From: a virus
IMG/VR virus record: IMGVR_UViG_3300036760_000945
Span: 1 to 64,000 of that record
Strand: one strand, 5' to 3'
Length of the DNA: 64,000 nucleotides
Positions 46,778 through 56,239 of this stretch are shown here, in pieces (position 1 is the first letter of the stretch; the number at the start of each line of letters is the position of its first letter). Under the pieces are notes generated by a model that did not search any database, had not been told where the DNA came from, and worked only from the letters and a program-made list of their open reading frames with translations. Made by a program: the position numbers and the translations under genes.

Positions 46778-47674
46778 CTATTCTACTTCTTCCAGATAGA
46801 CAACGAAGCCATTTTTGACGAGCACCCACAAATTCTCGCCAACCCTGCCAAATTCCTGGCGATCAAGTTCGGTGGGGGCCTCAAGAAGTTTGATAATGTC
46901 TCCCTCGTGAAGTCTACCACGAATACTCGCGCCCAGAGTTGGACTTGAGCGCAGTGCCGTTGATTGTACACACTTCATCTTCCAGACCTTGGGAATTGAC
47001 GATATTTCAGTGGCTTTCGCCTGCTCTTTGATAACTGTGCCCAAGATAGCGGTATAGGGGAACAGGAATACCTCATCGTAGTCCTGCCCCAGGGTCTTGA
47101 GTGTGATTTCCAGTTCTTCTGGGGTACAGGCACCCATAAAAATGCCTGGGACCTGTTTATACCCACGTGCTTGTGGCTGATTTAGTGTTTTCCAAGAGAG
47201 TAAAGGCGAGAAATAGAGGTTATCTGGTCCAATTCTGTCTTTAAGGCCGCGGAATACCTGCCCGAGTGCTGTTTTTGTCATATTCGGGCTCGCAAGTGCA
47301 CCGTAAACACAGATTTTTATGGGAAAACCCACATCGGCCAGAAATCTTGTCAGTCTTTCGGCTATATCTTCTGGTAAGGGGCCCAATGTCTCATAAACAC
47401 GGACAAAAACACGCGGAATTTGGTATTTCTGGACCACATCGAGCATCGGTGCCAACCAGGCGAGTTTTCTTCTCCAGGTTGGAGAGAAAATCAAAGCCGC
47501 CTCAAGCTGGTTCCCCTTTATCTCCCAGAATAACCGTTCAATTTCCGGCATCTTGGTGTCGGCGTCCACGCTGACTATAACGAAGTCAACCCCAGTGTTC
47601 GCGAGCCGTGGAACGGTATCCCCGGGCAATCCCTGTAGGATGTCATCCTTACTGAGAAGTACACCTATTTTCAT
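46778..47674 (-). CDS. protein with TIM-barrel-like N-terminus and C-terminal SH3-like domain
   Basis: ALRSSPTL...IRGRLHEGDII...GENLWV SH3b-like tail. Confidence 0.6.
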   Translation of the reverse strand: MKIGVLLSKDDILQGLPGDTVPRLANTGVDFVIVSVDADTKMPEIERLFWEIKGNQLEAALIFSPTWRRKLAWLAPMLDVVQKYQIPRVFVRVYETLGPLPEDIAERLTRFLADVGFPIKICVYGALASPNMTKTALGQVFRGLKDRIGPDNLYFSPLLSWKTLNQPQARGYKQVPGIFMGACTPEELEITLKTLGQDYDEVFLFPYTAILGTVIKEQAKATEISSIPKVWKMKCVQSTALRSSPTLGASIRGRLHEGDIIKLLEAPTELDRQEFGRVGENLWVLVKNGFVVYLEEVE

Positions 47675-48218
47675 TGTGCCTCATTGCCAATATTACCTCA
47701 AGCTCTCTATCGAACTCATCAATGTTCGAAAATCTCGGTACCGAACTCGCTTCATTCCACGGTTGGGCAATCAAGAGTGCTGGAATGCCCAACTTCTTGG
47801 CTTTTAGGGCTACATCGGCAATATCGTCCACTATAAACAGTGGTTTTAGCGATGCAATGATCTCCATCTTGTCTCCACCGTTCATCAGCAGTGTGCCTAA
47901 CCGAAAATCCTCTGCATCCAGCCAGAACTGAGTTATACCAACGGCCTCTTTGGGCCGAGAGGTTACAAACCAGATCTTGAAATCTCTTGCAAGCAATTCG
48001 TTATAGACCTGTACGCCTAGAGAAATGGGCTTCAGATCGATATAGGTCTTGGGGTTGTCCACGAACCACTTTACTTCTTTCCTCCAGTACGGATGTCGCT
48101 GCTCAAGACTGACCAGGCGCCTATTTTCGTAGCCAAAGTTATAGCAATACTTCCCCTCGAAGTCGGCCAAAACCCCATCTATGTCCAGAACTACTTTCAG
48201 AGAATTGTTTCTATCCAT
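47649..48218 (-). CDS. HAD-family 5'(3')-nucleotidase/phosphatase
   Basis: LDIDGVLADF; FVTSRP; K; IVDD; QPWN. Confidence 0.88.
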   Translation of the reverse strand: MDRNNSLKVVLDIDGVLADFEGKYCYNFGYENRRLVSLEQRHPYWRKEVKWFVDNPKTYIDLKPISLGVQVYNELLARDFKIWFVTSRPKEAVGITQFWLDAEDFRLGTLLMNGGDKMEIIASLKPLFIVDDIADVALKAKKLGIPALLIAQPWNEASSVPRFSNIDEFDRELEVILAMRHNENRCTSQ

Positions 48219-48234
48219 CGTTTTAGTCTCTGCC

Positions 48235-49071
48235 TTATTCTTTCTTGAGATATTTCAGTCGTACCCAGCCGAGTGGTATCCTGGCCCAGTCATTTACAAT
48301 ATCGCTTACCACAACAATCTGCCCAATAGCTATGCGGCTAACTATTTTACAATTGAGGCCATCGTTAGGGGTTTTAAAGATCCATGAGGCCGCCAAGACG
48401 GTATAGTTTCCTACTGGCGGGGGCGAAGGAGGAAGAATTGCCGGCGGCGTAGATGCGAATTTATACAATTCTTCTACGGTCCCGTGGAATAGGTTTTGAT
48501 CTACGTCAAGACTTTCGCAACCGTATGCTTCGCCTTTACCTCTATCTGTATACTGCCAAAACGTCCATGTTGCCCATGGCCTGGGAGTCTTTATAAAGAT
48601 TTCCCAACTATACCATGCCAGCCAGAATGGGAATATTTTCCAGCCAATGTCTACCGAACCAAATTCGTTCCAGTAATAATAACCGGAATAAATCGCGGGG
48701 ATCTTCCCAAGTTTATCCTTTACATACTGTAGGAAGTTCCACAACCTCCCCCGTGCTTCGGCAGGACTTGGCTGGCCACTTGTTAACTTTTGCTCAAAGT
48801 CACAAACGGGCGGCAATTCACCGGGATCATCCTTGAGCAAACCCGTAAACAGCTTAGCCTGTTCGAGTTCACTCATTCTAAAATCCAGATAGTGATATGC
48901 ACCGCGTAAAAGCCCTACTTTCTTTGCGGCTCTCCAGTATTCTAAGAAACGTAAATCTGCAATACGCTGAGACGCCTTGATATATACAAATGTTGCACCG
49001 TTCGCAAGCATTTTTGCAAAGTCTACTTCACCATCCCACCAACTTATGTCTACGCCAATTGCTCTAGTCAT
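48235..49071 (-). CDS. GH25 muramidase endolysin with C-terminal SH3-like domain
   Basis: GVDISWW; YIKAS; RGAYHY; PPVCDFE; FWQYT; VDQNLF. Confidence 0.93.
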   Translation of the reverse strand: MTRAIGVDISWWDGEVDFAKMLANGATFVYIKASQRIADLRFLEYWRAAKKVGLLRGAYHYLDFRMSELEQAKLFTGLLKDDPGELPPVCDFEQKLTSGQPSPAEARGRLWNFLQYVKDKLGKIPAIYSGYYYWNEFGSVDIGWKIFPFWLAWYSWEIFIKTPRPWATWTFWQYTDRGKGEAYGCESLDVDQNLFHGTVEELYKFASTPPAILPPSPPPVGNYTVLAASWIFKTPNDGLNCKIVSRIAIGQIVVVSDIVNDWARIPLGWVRLKYLKKE

Positions 49072-49375
49072 GATTTTTCTCCTTGCTATCAAGATCTTTG
49101 AGTAACAACGAGGTATCCATGCCAATGTCTCCAAGAAACTGGTATAGCGAGGTTTCGAGGCCCGATATCTGCTCGTGGGGCAAACTAAACTGGAGATGAT
49201 AATTTATCGCTTCAAGTACTTCGTGTAACACCGTTGACTCCTGCGACTGCCTGTGTTGGTCCGGGTCAACATTGATAATCTGTTTCACGGTATGGAGTCT
49301 CCCGGCCTGATCCATGCCGCCGTTCTCCATAGAGGGCGAATATTTCAATTTATAATTGTAGCCGAATATTCTCAT
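49064..49375 (-). CDS. phage zincin-like protein
   Basis: STVLHEVLEAINYH (HExxE variant). Confidence 0.7.
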   Translation of the reverse strand: MRIFGYNYKLKYSPSMENGGMDQAGRLHTVKQIINVDPDQHRQSQESTVLHEVLEAINYHLQFSLPHEQISGLETSLYQFLGDIGMDTSLLLKDLDSKEKNHD

Positions 49376-49977
49376 TTTGTCTCCTTCTTTCCTACTTTCT
49401 GCAGATAATTAATTGCACTTATTAGAATTTCTGTCGAGTCGTTGGCACTGCCAAGCATTGTATTGCATTTAGTACATAGAAATCCACGGATTTTACCCGT
49501 AGAATGATCATGATCTACGGCAAGATGTCTCCCATTGGGAGAACCGCCACAGATAGCGCAAATGCCTCCTTGATTAACAAGGATCACACTATATTCCTCA
49601 AGAGTTAGGCCATGGTCTCTTTTAAGACTGCCTCTTCTGCCTCTGATAGTACCATTTTCTTTGTGGCTTCTGTGATATTCTCTGTTCTTGGCGCGAATTT
49701 CTTCTCCTTTTTCTTTATAATAACTGATCCCATAGGAGCATCTTTCCTTTTTATGCTCCTCATAATATTTTTTGCTACCGGCTACTATTTCTTCACTGTG
49801 CCTCTGGCGATATTCGGCTTGTTTAGCCAAAATAATTTCCTTATTCTTCTTATAATAATTATGACTTCTGGAGGTAATTTTCCTCTTGTTTTCTATATAA
49901 TACCTGGCATCATAGGCACTTGTTTCCTCTTTATGTTTCTTGCGATACTCTCTCTGATATTCTCTCCTATTTGCCAT
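49372..49977 (-). CDS. endonuclease VII-family homing endonuclease
   Basis: Tyr/Lys/Arg-rich helical repeats; QGGICAIC...LAVDHDHSTGKIRGFLCTKCN. Confidence 0.9.
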   Translation of the reverse strand: MANRREYQREYRKKHKEETSAYDARYYIENKRKITSRSHNYYKKNKEIILAKQAEYRQRHSEEIVAGSKKYYEEHKKERCSYGISYYKEKGEEIRAKNREYHRSHKENGTIRGRRGSLKRDHGLTLEEYSVILVNQGGICAICGGSPNGRHLAVDHDHSTGKIRGFLCTKCNTMLGSANDSTEILISAINYLQKVGKKETK

Positions 49978-50245
49978 CGGTCTTCTCCTTTTTTGATAGA
50001 AGCCAAAAAATAGCCAGGTATTGATCGGCAATGCGCCGATCGCTTTCTTTCTCTTGTTCACTCAGTTCCTTGTATTTCCGGGACATTTGCGCGGTCCAGC
50101 GATCAACGAAGTCCTTCGGCAGCGTCCAGGTGCCGTTATCGTTGAATACACCCTTGCCGAACATATAACTGAGCCACTTCGTCCATACTCGGTGTGCGTG
50201 GTCTGCTATTGCCTCTCGCAGAGGTTGTTTGACATCATCGCCCAT
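49967..50245 (-). CDS. phage protein with RyR-like motif
   Basis: AHRVW...YKELSEQEKESDR; upstream TATGGTATAAT at 50277-50287. Confidence 0.7.
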   Translation of the reverse strand: MGDDVKQPLREAIADHAHRVWTKWLSYMFGKGVFNDNGTWTLPKDFVDRWTAQMSRKYKELSEQEKESDRRIADQYLAIFWLLSKKEKTDGK

Positions 50246-50287
50246 GGCAACCTGCCTTTTAGTATTCCTAGAGAAGATTATACCATA

Positions 50288-52309
50288 TTATCTAATTCGT
50301 ATAGCACTCCACAAACGCTCGACTTGATTGAAAGAGGCCCAATTGCCGGTAGGTATTACTTCTTCATCTACAACCCTGCAGACACCAGGATATTTAGGCA
50401 ACTCGTGATCGTGAAAAGCTATATAACCGCCAATCGGCACAAATTTATTCCAGGCAAGCCAATCGGCGTGCACGTCCTCATATTTGTGACTGCCATCGAT
50501 AAACAATAGATTAATGGGCTTGCCGCGCTTGGCGGCGGCCCTTAGGCTGGTCGTCATGTGTGGATGTATAAAGGACGGGAAACTGCCAAAGATCGAGATA
50601 ATCTGTTCTTTGAAGATCTTTGGGGTTTCGGGCAAATGATAACGTAATGAACCGGTACGCCCCATGGTCCAAATATCGATAGTATGCAACACTGCAGTAG
50701 TGTTCTCCGCAATCACCAATCCCATCCCCAAATAGCACGTGGACATACCCCGATAGGGACCTATCTCGACAATCGCACCGTCCTTGGGAATTTGGGTTGC
50801 CAGGTATGTCAAATACTCACCCTCCATTGGACTGATCCTGCCGTCTAGCTGGGCCAGCTTCTTCTTTTTGTCAATTAGGTCTGGCGTAAACACCACCACC
50901 GGTTCATTGCGCGCTATCTTTCTCTGCATATTCACGATCGTATCGGGCACGACCTCTTGCACGCGCGCAAGTAGTAAATCCATGTCGCCGTGCGCCCCAG
51001 TGGCATGAAATTCGCCGCGGATGGCCTTGATATGCTTGAGTGGGACTAAGTCTTCGAGTATCTCGTATTCTGCGCCCTCGCAATCTATTAAGAGTAAAGA
51101 AATGGGTCTTTTGGTGCCCGTTACGGTGCTCAAGATTTTAGACAATGTGATTGAGGGTACTTCTGGATCCCCGCCGGCGCCATAGATATGATGAGCACCA
51201 CTATTCTTGCCCATGCTCATCCTTATTTTACGCCCATCTTTGGTAACAGCTAGATGATGAACCTTGACGAGATCAGTCAGTTTATTCTGCTGGATATTCT
51301 TGATAAGCCTCCCATAATTGAAAGGTGACGCCTCAAAGACATAGACACGACAGCCATACTTCTTTGCCAGGGTCATACTGACTTCGCCAACGTGTCCGCC
51401 AATCTCTATCACGATATCTTTGGGGCCAAGTCCCCAGGTATCGGTACGATAGTCCGTTTGTATCTCCTTTAGTATAACCTTCTCCTCCCAACCCGGGTCC
51501 GCAAATACAAGGCCCAATGGATTAAGTGGATCGGTCACTGCCCGCTTTCCTTTCATTTCCACCAATTTTGGTGATGGATAACCGTCCCTTGGTATTGGAT
51601 GCAAATCCCTGGCTAGTCCCCACATGTGGTAGACGAGGGTGTTCTCGTCGGGACTATTGTTGTTCCAGTCATTAGTAAGTCTCAACACCTTGACATCAGG
51701 GCAATTCTTCATTGCCCGAAGAAACGCCATTTCTTCCTGCCAGTTAGGTATACGTTTCCATTGTCTGTACCATTCATCGAAGAGTGTCGCAAGGCGCTCG
51801 TTCTTGTGGAAGAAAATGACTCCTGAATTGATATATGGGTGTTTATCTGGCGGATATCCGGTAAGGAACTTGCTAGTATGGTCTCTTTCCTTCCTCGGCG
51901 CATTCCAGTCCGGCTTTTTATTGTCTGGCTTGAACAAGTCCTCCAACATCCACCGACATCCCTTGGATATGCACATATCATATTCCTTGAGATAGTCAAA
52001 CCCAGGCATTATATCCCCCCATACCTCGGTGTCTGCATCGAGATAAAGATTGTACTCGAATGGAGTATATTTGTACAAAAACGGCTTTACGTTGCCGGCC
52101 CAAAATCTAAGTCGTCCAGGCACCGTTTCTGGCCCCCAGGGATTATTCCCTTCCCATTGAATAAAAGTTGTTCCAGGTACTTTGTGTGTCCCTATAGAAA
52201 TAACAGGAAGATCTATCTTCTGCGCCCTAACCGACTTAAGACTCTCGATGGCAGCAAGTACCGATACAGGACCAAAGGTCATATATATTATTCCGAGATT
52301 CTCGCTCAT
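50288..52309 (-). CDS. fusion: GT-A (GT8-like) glycosyltransferase + FkbM methyltransferase + Methyltransf_24
   Basis: YLDADT, INSGVIFF; EIGGHVG, FEAS, IDCEGAEYEIL; VEIGPYRG.ST, LFIDGSHKYE, AFHD. Confidence 0.9.
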   Translation of the reverse strand: MSENLGIIYMTFGPVSVLAAIESLKSVRAQKIDLPVISIGTHKVPGTTFIQWEGNNPWGPETVPGRLRFWAGNVKPFLYKYTPFEYNLYLDADTEVWGDIMPGFDYLKEYDMCISKGCRWMLEDLFKPDNKKPDWNAPRKERDHTSKFLTGYPPDKHPYINSGVIFFHKNERLATLFDEWYRQWKRIPNWQEEMAFLRAMKNCPDVKVLRLTNDWNNNSPDENTLVYHMWGLARDLHPIPRDGYPSPKLVEMKGKRAVTDPLNPLGLVFADPGWEEKVILKEIQTDYRTDTWGLGPKDIVIEIGGHVGEVSMTLAKKYGCRVYVFEASPFNYGRLIKNIQQNKLTDLVKVHHLAVTKDGRKIRMSMGKNSGAHHIYGAGGDPEVPSITLSKILSTVTGTKRPISLLLIDCEGAEYEILEDLVPLKHIKAIRGEFHATGAHGDMDLLLARVQEVVPDTIVNMQRKIARNEPVVVFTPDLIDKKKKLAQLDGRISPMEGEYLTYLATQIPKDGAIVEIGPYRGMSTCYLGMGLVIAENTTAVLHTIDIWTMGRTGSLRYHLPETPKIFKEQIISIFGSFPSFIHPHMTTSLRAAAKRGKPINLLFIDGSHKYEDVHADWLAWNKFVPIGGYIAFHDHELPKYPGVCRVVDEEVIPTGNWASFNQVERLWSAIRIR

Positions 52310-52902
52310 TTTTCACTCTCCGTTACTTTTCTCGAAGGTATTACTACTTGGTGTTGCACTGTCTTGAGATCGGGTTTCATGCGTTCAATGACCGACTTAT
52401 AATTACCATGTCCGGCCATTAGTGTCCCCGATTCTCCGGCCTCGGGATCAAATGTTCGCATATTTCCAACAAGCGAATCACAGCACGCAAAGATTATTTT
52501 GGTACATCCCATTACCTTAATAATTGCAATACCTACTCGAACACTCATTTCTCCCGCCGAAAGACCAAAATCATTGTGTACATCAATGAAAATTCTTCGC
52601 TTGTGCTTCGATAGACAAAACCTAGAATACTCAGCCAAAATCAGGGTTATGTCCTCAGAGGGATATGCCATTGGGGACTTGCATTCGTGATCCTGTATTC
52701 CGCGCAACTTGCAACCCTCTTTTTGCAATGAGTATATCGGATTGGGCAACCCAAGTTCTTGAACAACGAGAATTGCCTGATTCAATGTAATTACAGGACC
52801 AGGGCCAAAATAAGACGCATCAAGATACCATAAACTAGGTCCCTTGCCAACCAAGTAAGCGGTACCATCGGGATATAAGTTTCGCAGTTCTTCGATCGTC
52901 AT
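52306..52902 (-). CDS. GxGPS-motif Rossmann protein (DUF115/MAF or sialyltransferase-like)
   Basis: AYLVGKGPSL; VITLNQA; MGCTKIIFACCD. Confidence 0.7.
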   Translation of the reverse strand: MTIEELRNLYPDGTAYLVGKGPSLWYLDASYFGPGPVITLNQAILVVQELGLPNPIYSLQKEGCKLRGIQDHECKSPMAYPSEDITLILAEYSRFCLSKHKRRIFIDVHNDFGLSAGEMSVRVGIAIIKVMGCTKIIFACCDSLVGNMRTFDPEAGESGTLMAGHGNYKSVIERMKPDLKTVQHQVVIPSRKVTESEK

Positions 52903-52904
52903 AA

Positions 52905-53534
52905 TTATTCTTTGCCTCCTATAATATAGGGCGGTCTCTGCAGTATCCAGACAAACTCGGCATATATACTTGGGCCAACAATGGACTTTACTATCCTGAA
53001 GCCGGCATTGACGATCCGTTGTTCCCACGATTCTCGATATAGATGCCATTCTACTTGTCGGTTGCCTTGATTGATACGCCGAAATCCCTCAATCTTCTCG
53101 CTCGATTTATAGGCAATACAGTTAGGGACTTCTACATACAAGATATTCCCAACAAATGCGTGCAACCTTTCGAACATCGTGTCGTGATCCTCGATATGTT
53201 CAAGAACTCCGAGAGCTACAACAACATCAAACTTCCGGGGAGTGGCGTCCTCTATCGAAGAACACACAAAAGTGGCTTTTGGCACACGTCTTTTGGCGAG
53301 TTCTATTGCAACAGGAGATAGATCTAGGCCCCAGCATTCGGTGCTGGGCCAGCGCTCTGAAAACACCTCAACCGTGTGTCCATTGCCACAACCAATATCT
53401 AGGAATGTTTTGGGGGGACTACCAAGATATTCATTGATTGTCCTGAATGCAAATAGATCACGTGGTAGATCTGCCCAAAGATTGGGGTTTTTGGTGTAAT
53501 ACGCATCGTATTCTTCTATGGCCGTCTTGTCCAT
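52905..53534 (-). CDS. class I SAM-dependent methyltransferase
   Basis: LDIGCGNG; GLDLS; FDVVVALGVLEHI; EVPN. Confidence 0.92.
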   Translation of the reverse strand: MDKTAIEEYDAYYTKNPNLWADLPRDLFAFRTINEYLGSPPKTFLDIGCGNGHTVEVFSERWPSTECWGLDLSPVAIELAKRRVPKATFVCSSIEDATPRKFDVVVALGVLEHIEDHDTMFERLHAFVGNILYVEVPNCIAYKSSEKIEGFRRINQGNRQVEWHLYRESWEQRIVNAGFRIVKSIVGPSIYAEFVWILQRPPYIIGGKE

Positions 53535-54253
53535 TATACGCTCTTCGCCTCAGGTAATATATGTCGATCTCTGGCATATCCCCACTTGTGCCAGATTATC
53601 TTTGGCTTAGCAGGATTTTGTTCATTCCAAATAGATGATAAATGCTTTATCTTTGTTTCAGGACAAGTATGTTCTGCTCGGAGAAAGGCAAATTGCTCAT
53701 CCCATTGTTCCCATCTCAACCATTCCTCATGCCACTTTGTAAAGAATTTCTGGGATTGGGTGCTCTTCCTGAAGAAGATCACGCCCGAGTTTATTTCTTG
53801 GCTCTTGGACTTCCCAAGAAAGGCGGAAGTGAAATCGCGTTCCTCCCGCGCCCAGTTCCATGCCTTGCCGAGTTTGTTGTGTTTGTATGTATCCTCAATG
53901 AAACGCCTATCGTCTGCAATACAAATATCGTACTCCCGCAGAAAATCAAAACCGGGCATTATATTCCCACAGATTTCCGTATCTGCATCCAGGTACAGGG
54001 TGTACTCAAAGGGGCTATAGTTGTAAAGAAGAGGTTTCACTTTTCCTGCAAGGAATCTTCGCCCTGGTTGTGTGCCTGTCCATGGAGATCCCGCTTTCCA
54101 TTCAAGATGGTCAAGCCCGGGAACGGGGTGGGTGCCAATGGTAATTGCTGGAATACCCTCACCTATACTTGCCCTGACAGAACGATAACTTTCAAGAGCC
54201 GCAGCAGCGGACTTCTCCCCAAATACCGCATAAACGATGCCCTTTCTAGGCAC
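53534..54253 (-). CDS. GT-A (GT8-like) glycosyltransferase, paralog of the fusion N-terminus
   Basis: GIVYAVFG; SPFEYTLYLDADT; INSGVIFF; DEQ.AF; GTG start with GGAG. Confidence 0.85.
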   Translation of the reverse strand: MPRKGIVYAVFGEKSAAAALESYRSVRASIGEGIPAITIGTHPVPGLDHLEWKAGSPWTGTQPGRRFLAGKVKPLLYNYSPFEYTLYLDADTEICGNIMPGFDFLREYDICIADDRRFIEDTYKHNKLGKAWNWAREERDFTSAFLGKSKSQEINSGVIFFRKSTQSQKFFTKWHEEWLRWEQWDEQFAFLRAEHTCPETKIKHLSSIWNEQNPAKPKIIWHKWGYARDRHILPEAKSV

Positions 54254-54551
54254 TTGATTTCTCCAAGTCGGAAACTGATTTGCCGCAACTTCTACAATGG
54301 CCGCTCGCGGGAAATGGATAGCCACAATCACATAACCCGTAGTCTTGGGCCAACTCGTTGACAATTCGCCGGATCTCGTCCTTATTCGAGGCCTCTGCCT
54401 CCGAGATGCCGGTGTACGTCTCCAGATCGACTACTTTCTTGCACACCGGGCATCTCCAGGTGCGAAATCCACACGTTGGAGCATAGGGGCAATTATCATC
54501 TATAAATCCACAACTTGGACACTCGACAATTATAATATAGCGATCTCCCAT
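54246..54551 (-). CDS. multi-CxxC zinc-ribbon protein
   Basis: CPSC, CPVC, CDC, CRSC. Confidence 0.7.
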   Translation of the reverse strand: MGDRYIIIVECPSCGFIDDNCPYAPTCGFRTWRCPVCKKVVDLETYTGISEAEASNKDEIRRIVNELAQDYGLCDCGYPFPASGHCRSCGKSVSDLEKSSA

Positions 54552-55147
54552 AGCTTTCCTCCTTCAATTTTCTTAATATTTCGATGACAAGATACACACA
54601 ATGTTGTTCCGTTTCCAGGATCCCACAATTCTTTACAGGACAAAGCGTCTTTAAGAGAAGATATGTGATTCTTTCTAAGAACTAAAGCAAATGGAGTTAA
54701 ATGATGTGCATTCAACTTCACCAATCTTCCCCTTGCGCCACACTTTATACAGGTTTTCTTGTCACGCTTAAATACTTTTATTTTCCATTCCTTATAAATA
54801 TCGGAATTTCTTACTTGCATATATAAAGACGTTATACCTCCTCTCCATCTAGGGCTTTTTTCTCCTGCCTGTACTCCCTTTAGTCCCCTATTCCATACAC
54901 TATGTGTTCGACTCCAGTTTTTATCTCCTTTCTGGGCCACACCAGATAAACTCAATAATCCTTGGGCGAACAGACCCTTCTTTGTATCAGAAATCTTCTT
55001 TTTCTTCTCTTTGCTACAAGGAATACCTGGCCTAACCCTTGAGTTATGCCCCGAGACAAATTGAGGAAGTCCGTAATATTTATGGTGTGGCCGAAATGCT
55101 ATATTTTCACCACAGCCACATCCACAATATCTATCGCCCATTGACAT
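54530..55147 (-). CDS. HNH homing endonuclease
   Basis: CGCGCG N-terminus; WRGG; VFKRD..CIKC..AHH...NGTTLCVSCH. Confidence 0.9.
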   Translation of the reverse strand: MSMGDRYCGCGCGENIAFRPHHKYYGLPQFVSGHNSRVRPGIPCSKEKKKKISDTKKGLFAQGLLSLSGVAQKGDKNWSRTHSVWNRGLKGVQAGEKSPRWRGGITSLYMQVRNSDIYKEWKIKVFKRDKKTCIKCGARGRLVKLNAHHLTPFALVLRKNHISSLKDALSCKELWDPGNGTTLCVSCHRNIKKIEGGKLWEIAIL

Positions 55148-55174
55148 TCTCCTTCTTGGATAGGCATCTCCTTG

Positions 55175-55531
55175 TTATCGAGCCATGCTGCATACGGCAT
55201 AACCTTCTTTCAGAAATTCCTGCCAAAGATTCATCATCTCTACAGGTAGACGTTTTTGCATGATCCTCTCTGGGTCTACCGGGTCCAGATAGTGTGCCAA
55301 CTCGTGTGATATTACGGGAACCAATCCCATGCGATACTTTGGTTCCAAAATACGCACATCACTATAGTGTAAGATTACTTTGAGGACTTTCCCGAAGAGT
55401 GCTCTACCCATCAATGCCCCCTCGAAGGATTCATCATACACAACCTCAAAAACTGTGTCTTGAAGCTCGGGAAAGTATTTCTTCTGGACACTAGTCATTA
55501 AGTCGGCAATCTTCGTCTCGTTTTGGTTCAT
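55175..55531 (-). CDS. zincin (HExxH) protein
   Basis: VISHELAHY. Confidence 0.7.
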   Translation of the reverse strand: MNQNETKIADLMTSVQKKYFPELQDTVFEVVYDESFEGALMGRALFGKVLKVILHYSDVRILEPKYRMGLVPVISHELAHYLDPVDPERIMQKRLPVEMMNLWQEFLKEGYAVCSMAR

Positions 55532-55845
55532 ATATTAGATCCTTTCAATCTTGTCAACTGTTGTTGCCAAAATTCAGCTTCTTTCGGTGTAACAGCGGTA
55601 GTGATAAGTTCTTGCAAACTATTGGCGAGCATCTGAAGGGATTTATGGCGGTCCTCCTTTTGCTTTTGTGCTTGTGGATTGGAGCGGATTGTCTTGGGCC
55701 GAAATGTTTCTTTGGTTACGCCCTCGGGTCTGGCCCGTCCAATCCGTCCGCCGACGAAGACAAAACCCGATCTTGTGGCGGCTCGCATGGAACTGGGGAA
55801 TTGCCGTTGGGGTTGGCGATTTGCTGGGGGGATATTGGTCAACAT
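55528..55845 (-). CDS. hypothetical basic protein
   Basis: AAGGAG RBS; ATGA overlap with next gene. Confidence 0.6.
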   Translation of the reverse strand: MLTNIPPANRQPQRQFPSSMRAATRSGFVFVGGRIGRARPEGVTKETFRPKTIRSNPQAQKQKEDRHKSLQMLANSLQELITTAVTPKEAEFWQQQLTRLKGSNI

Positions 55846-55864
55846 TCCAACTCCTTCGGTGTCA

Positions 55865-56089
55865 TCATGATAGCTCCTCTTCGAGCGCTACCAGATAGTA
55901 GTCGGCCAGTGCCTGGTCTTCATCAATCGCGGCTATTGCAAGCCGCAATAACTTTACATAGCCCTGGGATTTGGCAAAACTCTCGACCCTGCCTTTCCAA
56001 AGACAGTGTTGATTGATCGTGACGGCACAGTCATAGTTCCCTGTTTTATCGGTGCCCGTACTATCATTGCGAATCTTCAGTGTCAACAT
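55865..56089 (-). CDS. hypothetical phage protein
   Basis: NDSTGT..GNY motif common in phage proteins. Confidence 0.65.
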   Translation of the reverse strand: MLTLKIRNDSTGTDKTGNYDCAVTINQHCLWKGRVESFAKSQGYVKLLRLAIAAIDEDQALADYYLVALEEELS

Positions 56090-56239
56090 TAGATACTCTC
56101 AATTCTTCATCGTGCCCTAATCGCCCAGGTAGTGATTTGCACACATTGTCCGCCGTGTAAGCCGACGATACCACTGACGATTTTCGCGTCTAGGTTTACG
56201 CCTGTTACGCTCCGGGCAACGATCGGGAAACCCTGATCC

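Noticed and set aside
49960-50030. Duplicated N-terminus around the second EndoVII gene (LFFGFYQK versus MRIFGYNYK)
   Set aside because: Similarity is too weak and there is no start codon or RBS for the upstream copy.
53642-54361. 239-aa antisense ORF over the glycosyltransferase as a second dual-coding case
   Set aside because: No recognisable motif, RBS or promoter; treated as a shadow ORF, unlike the HNH in the intein.
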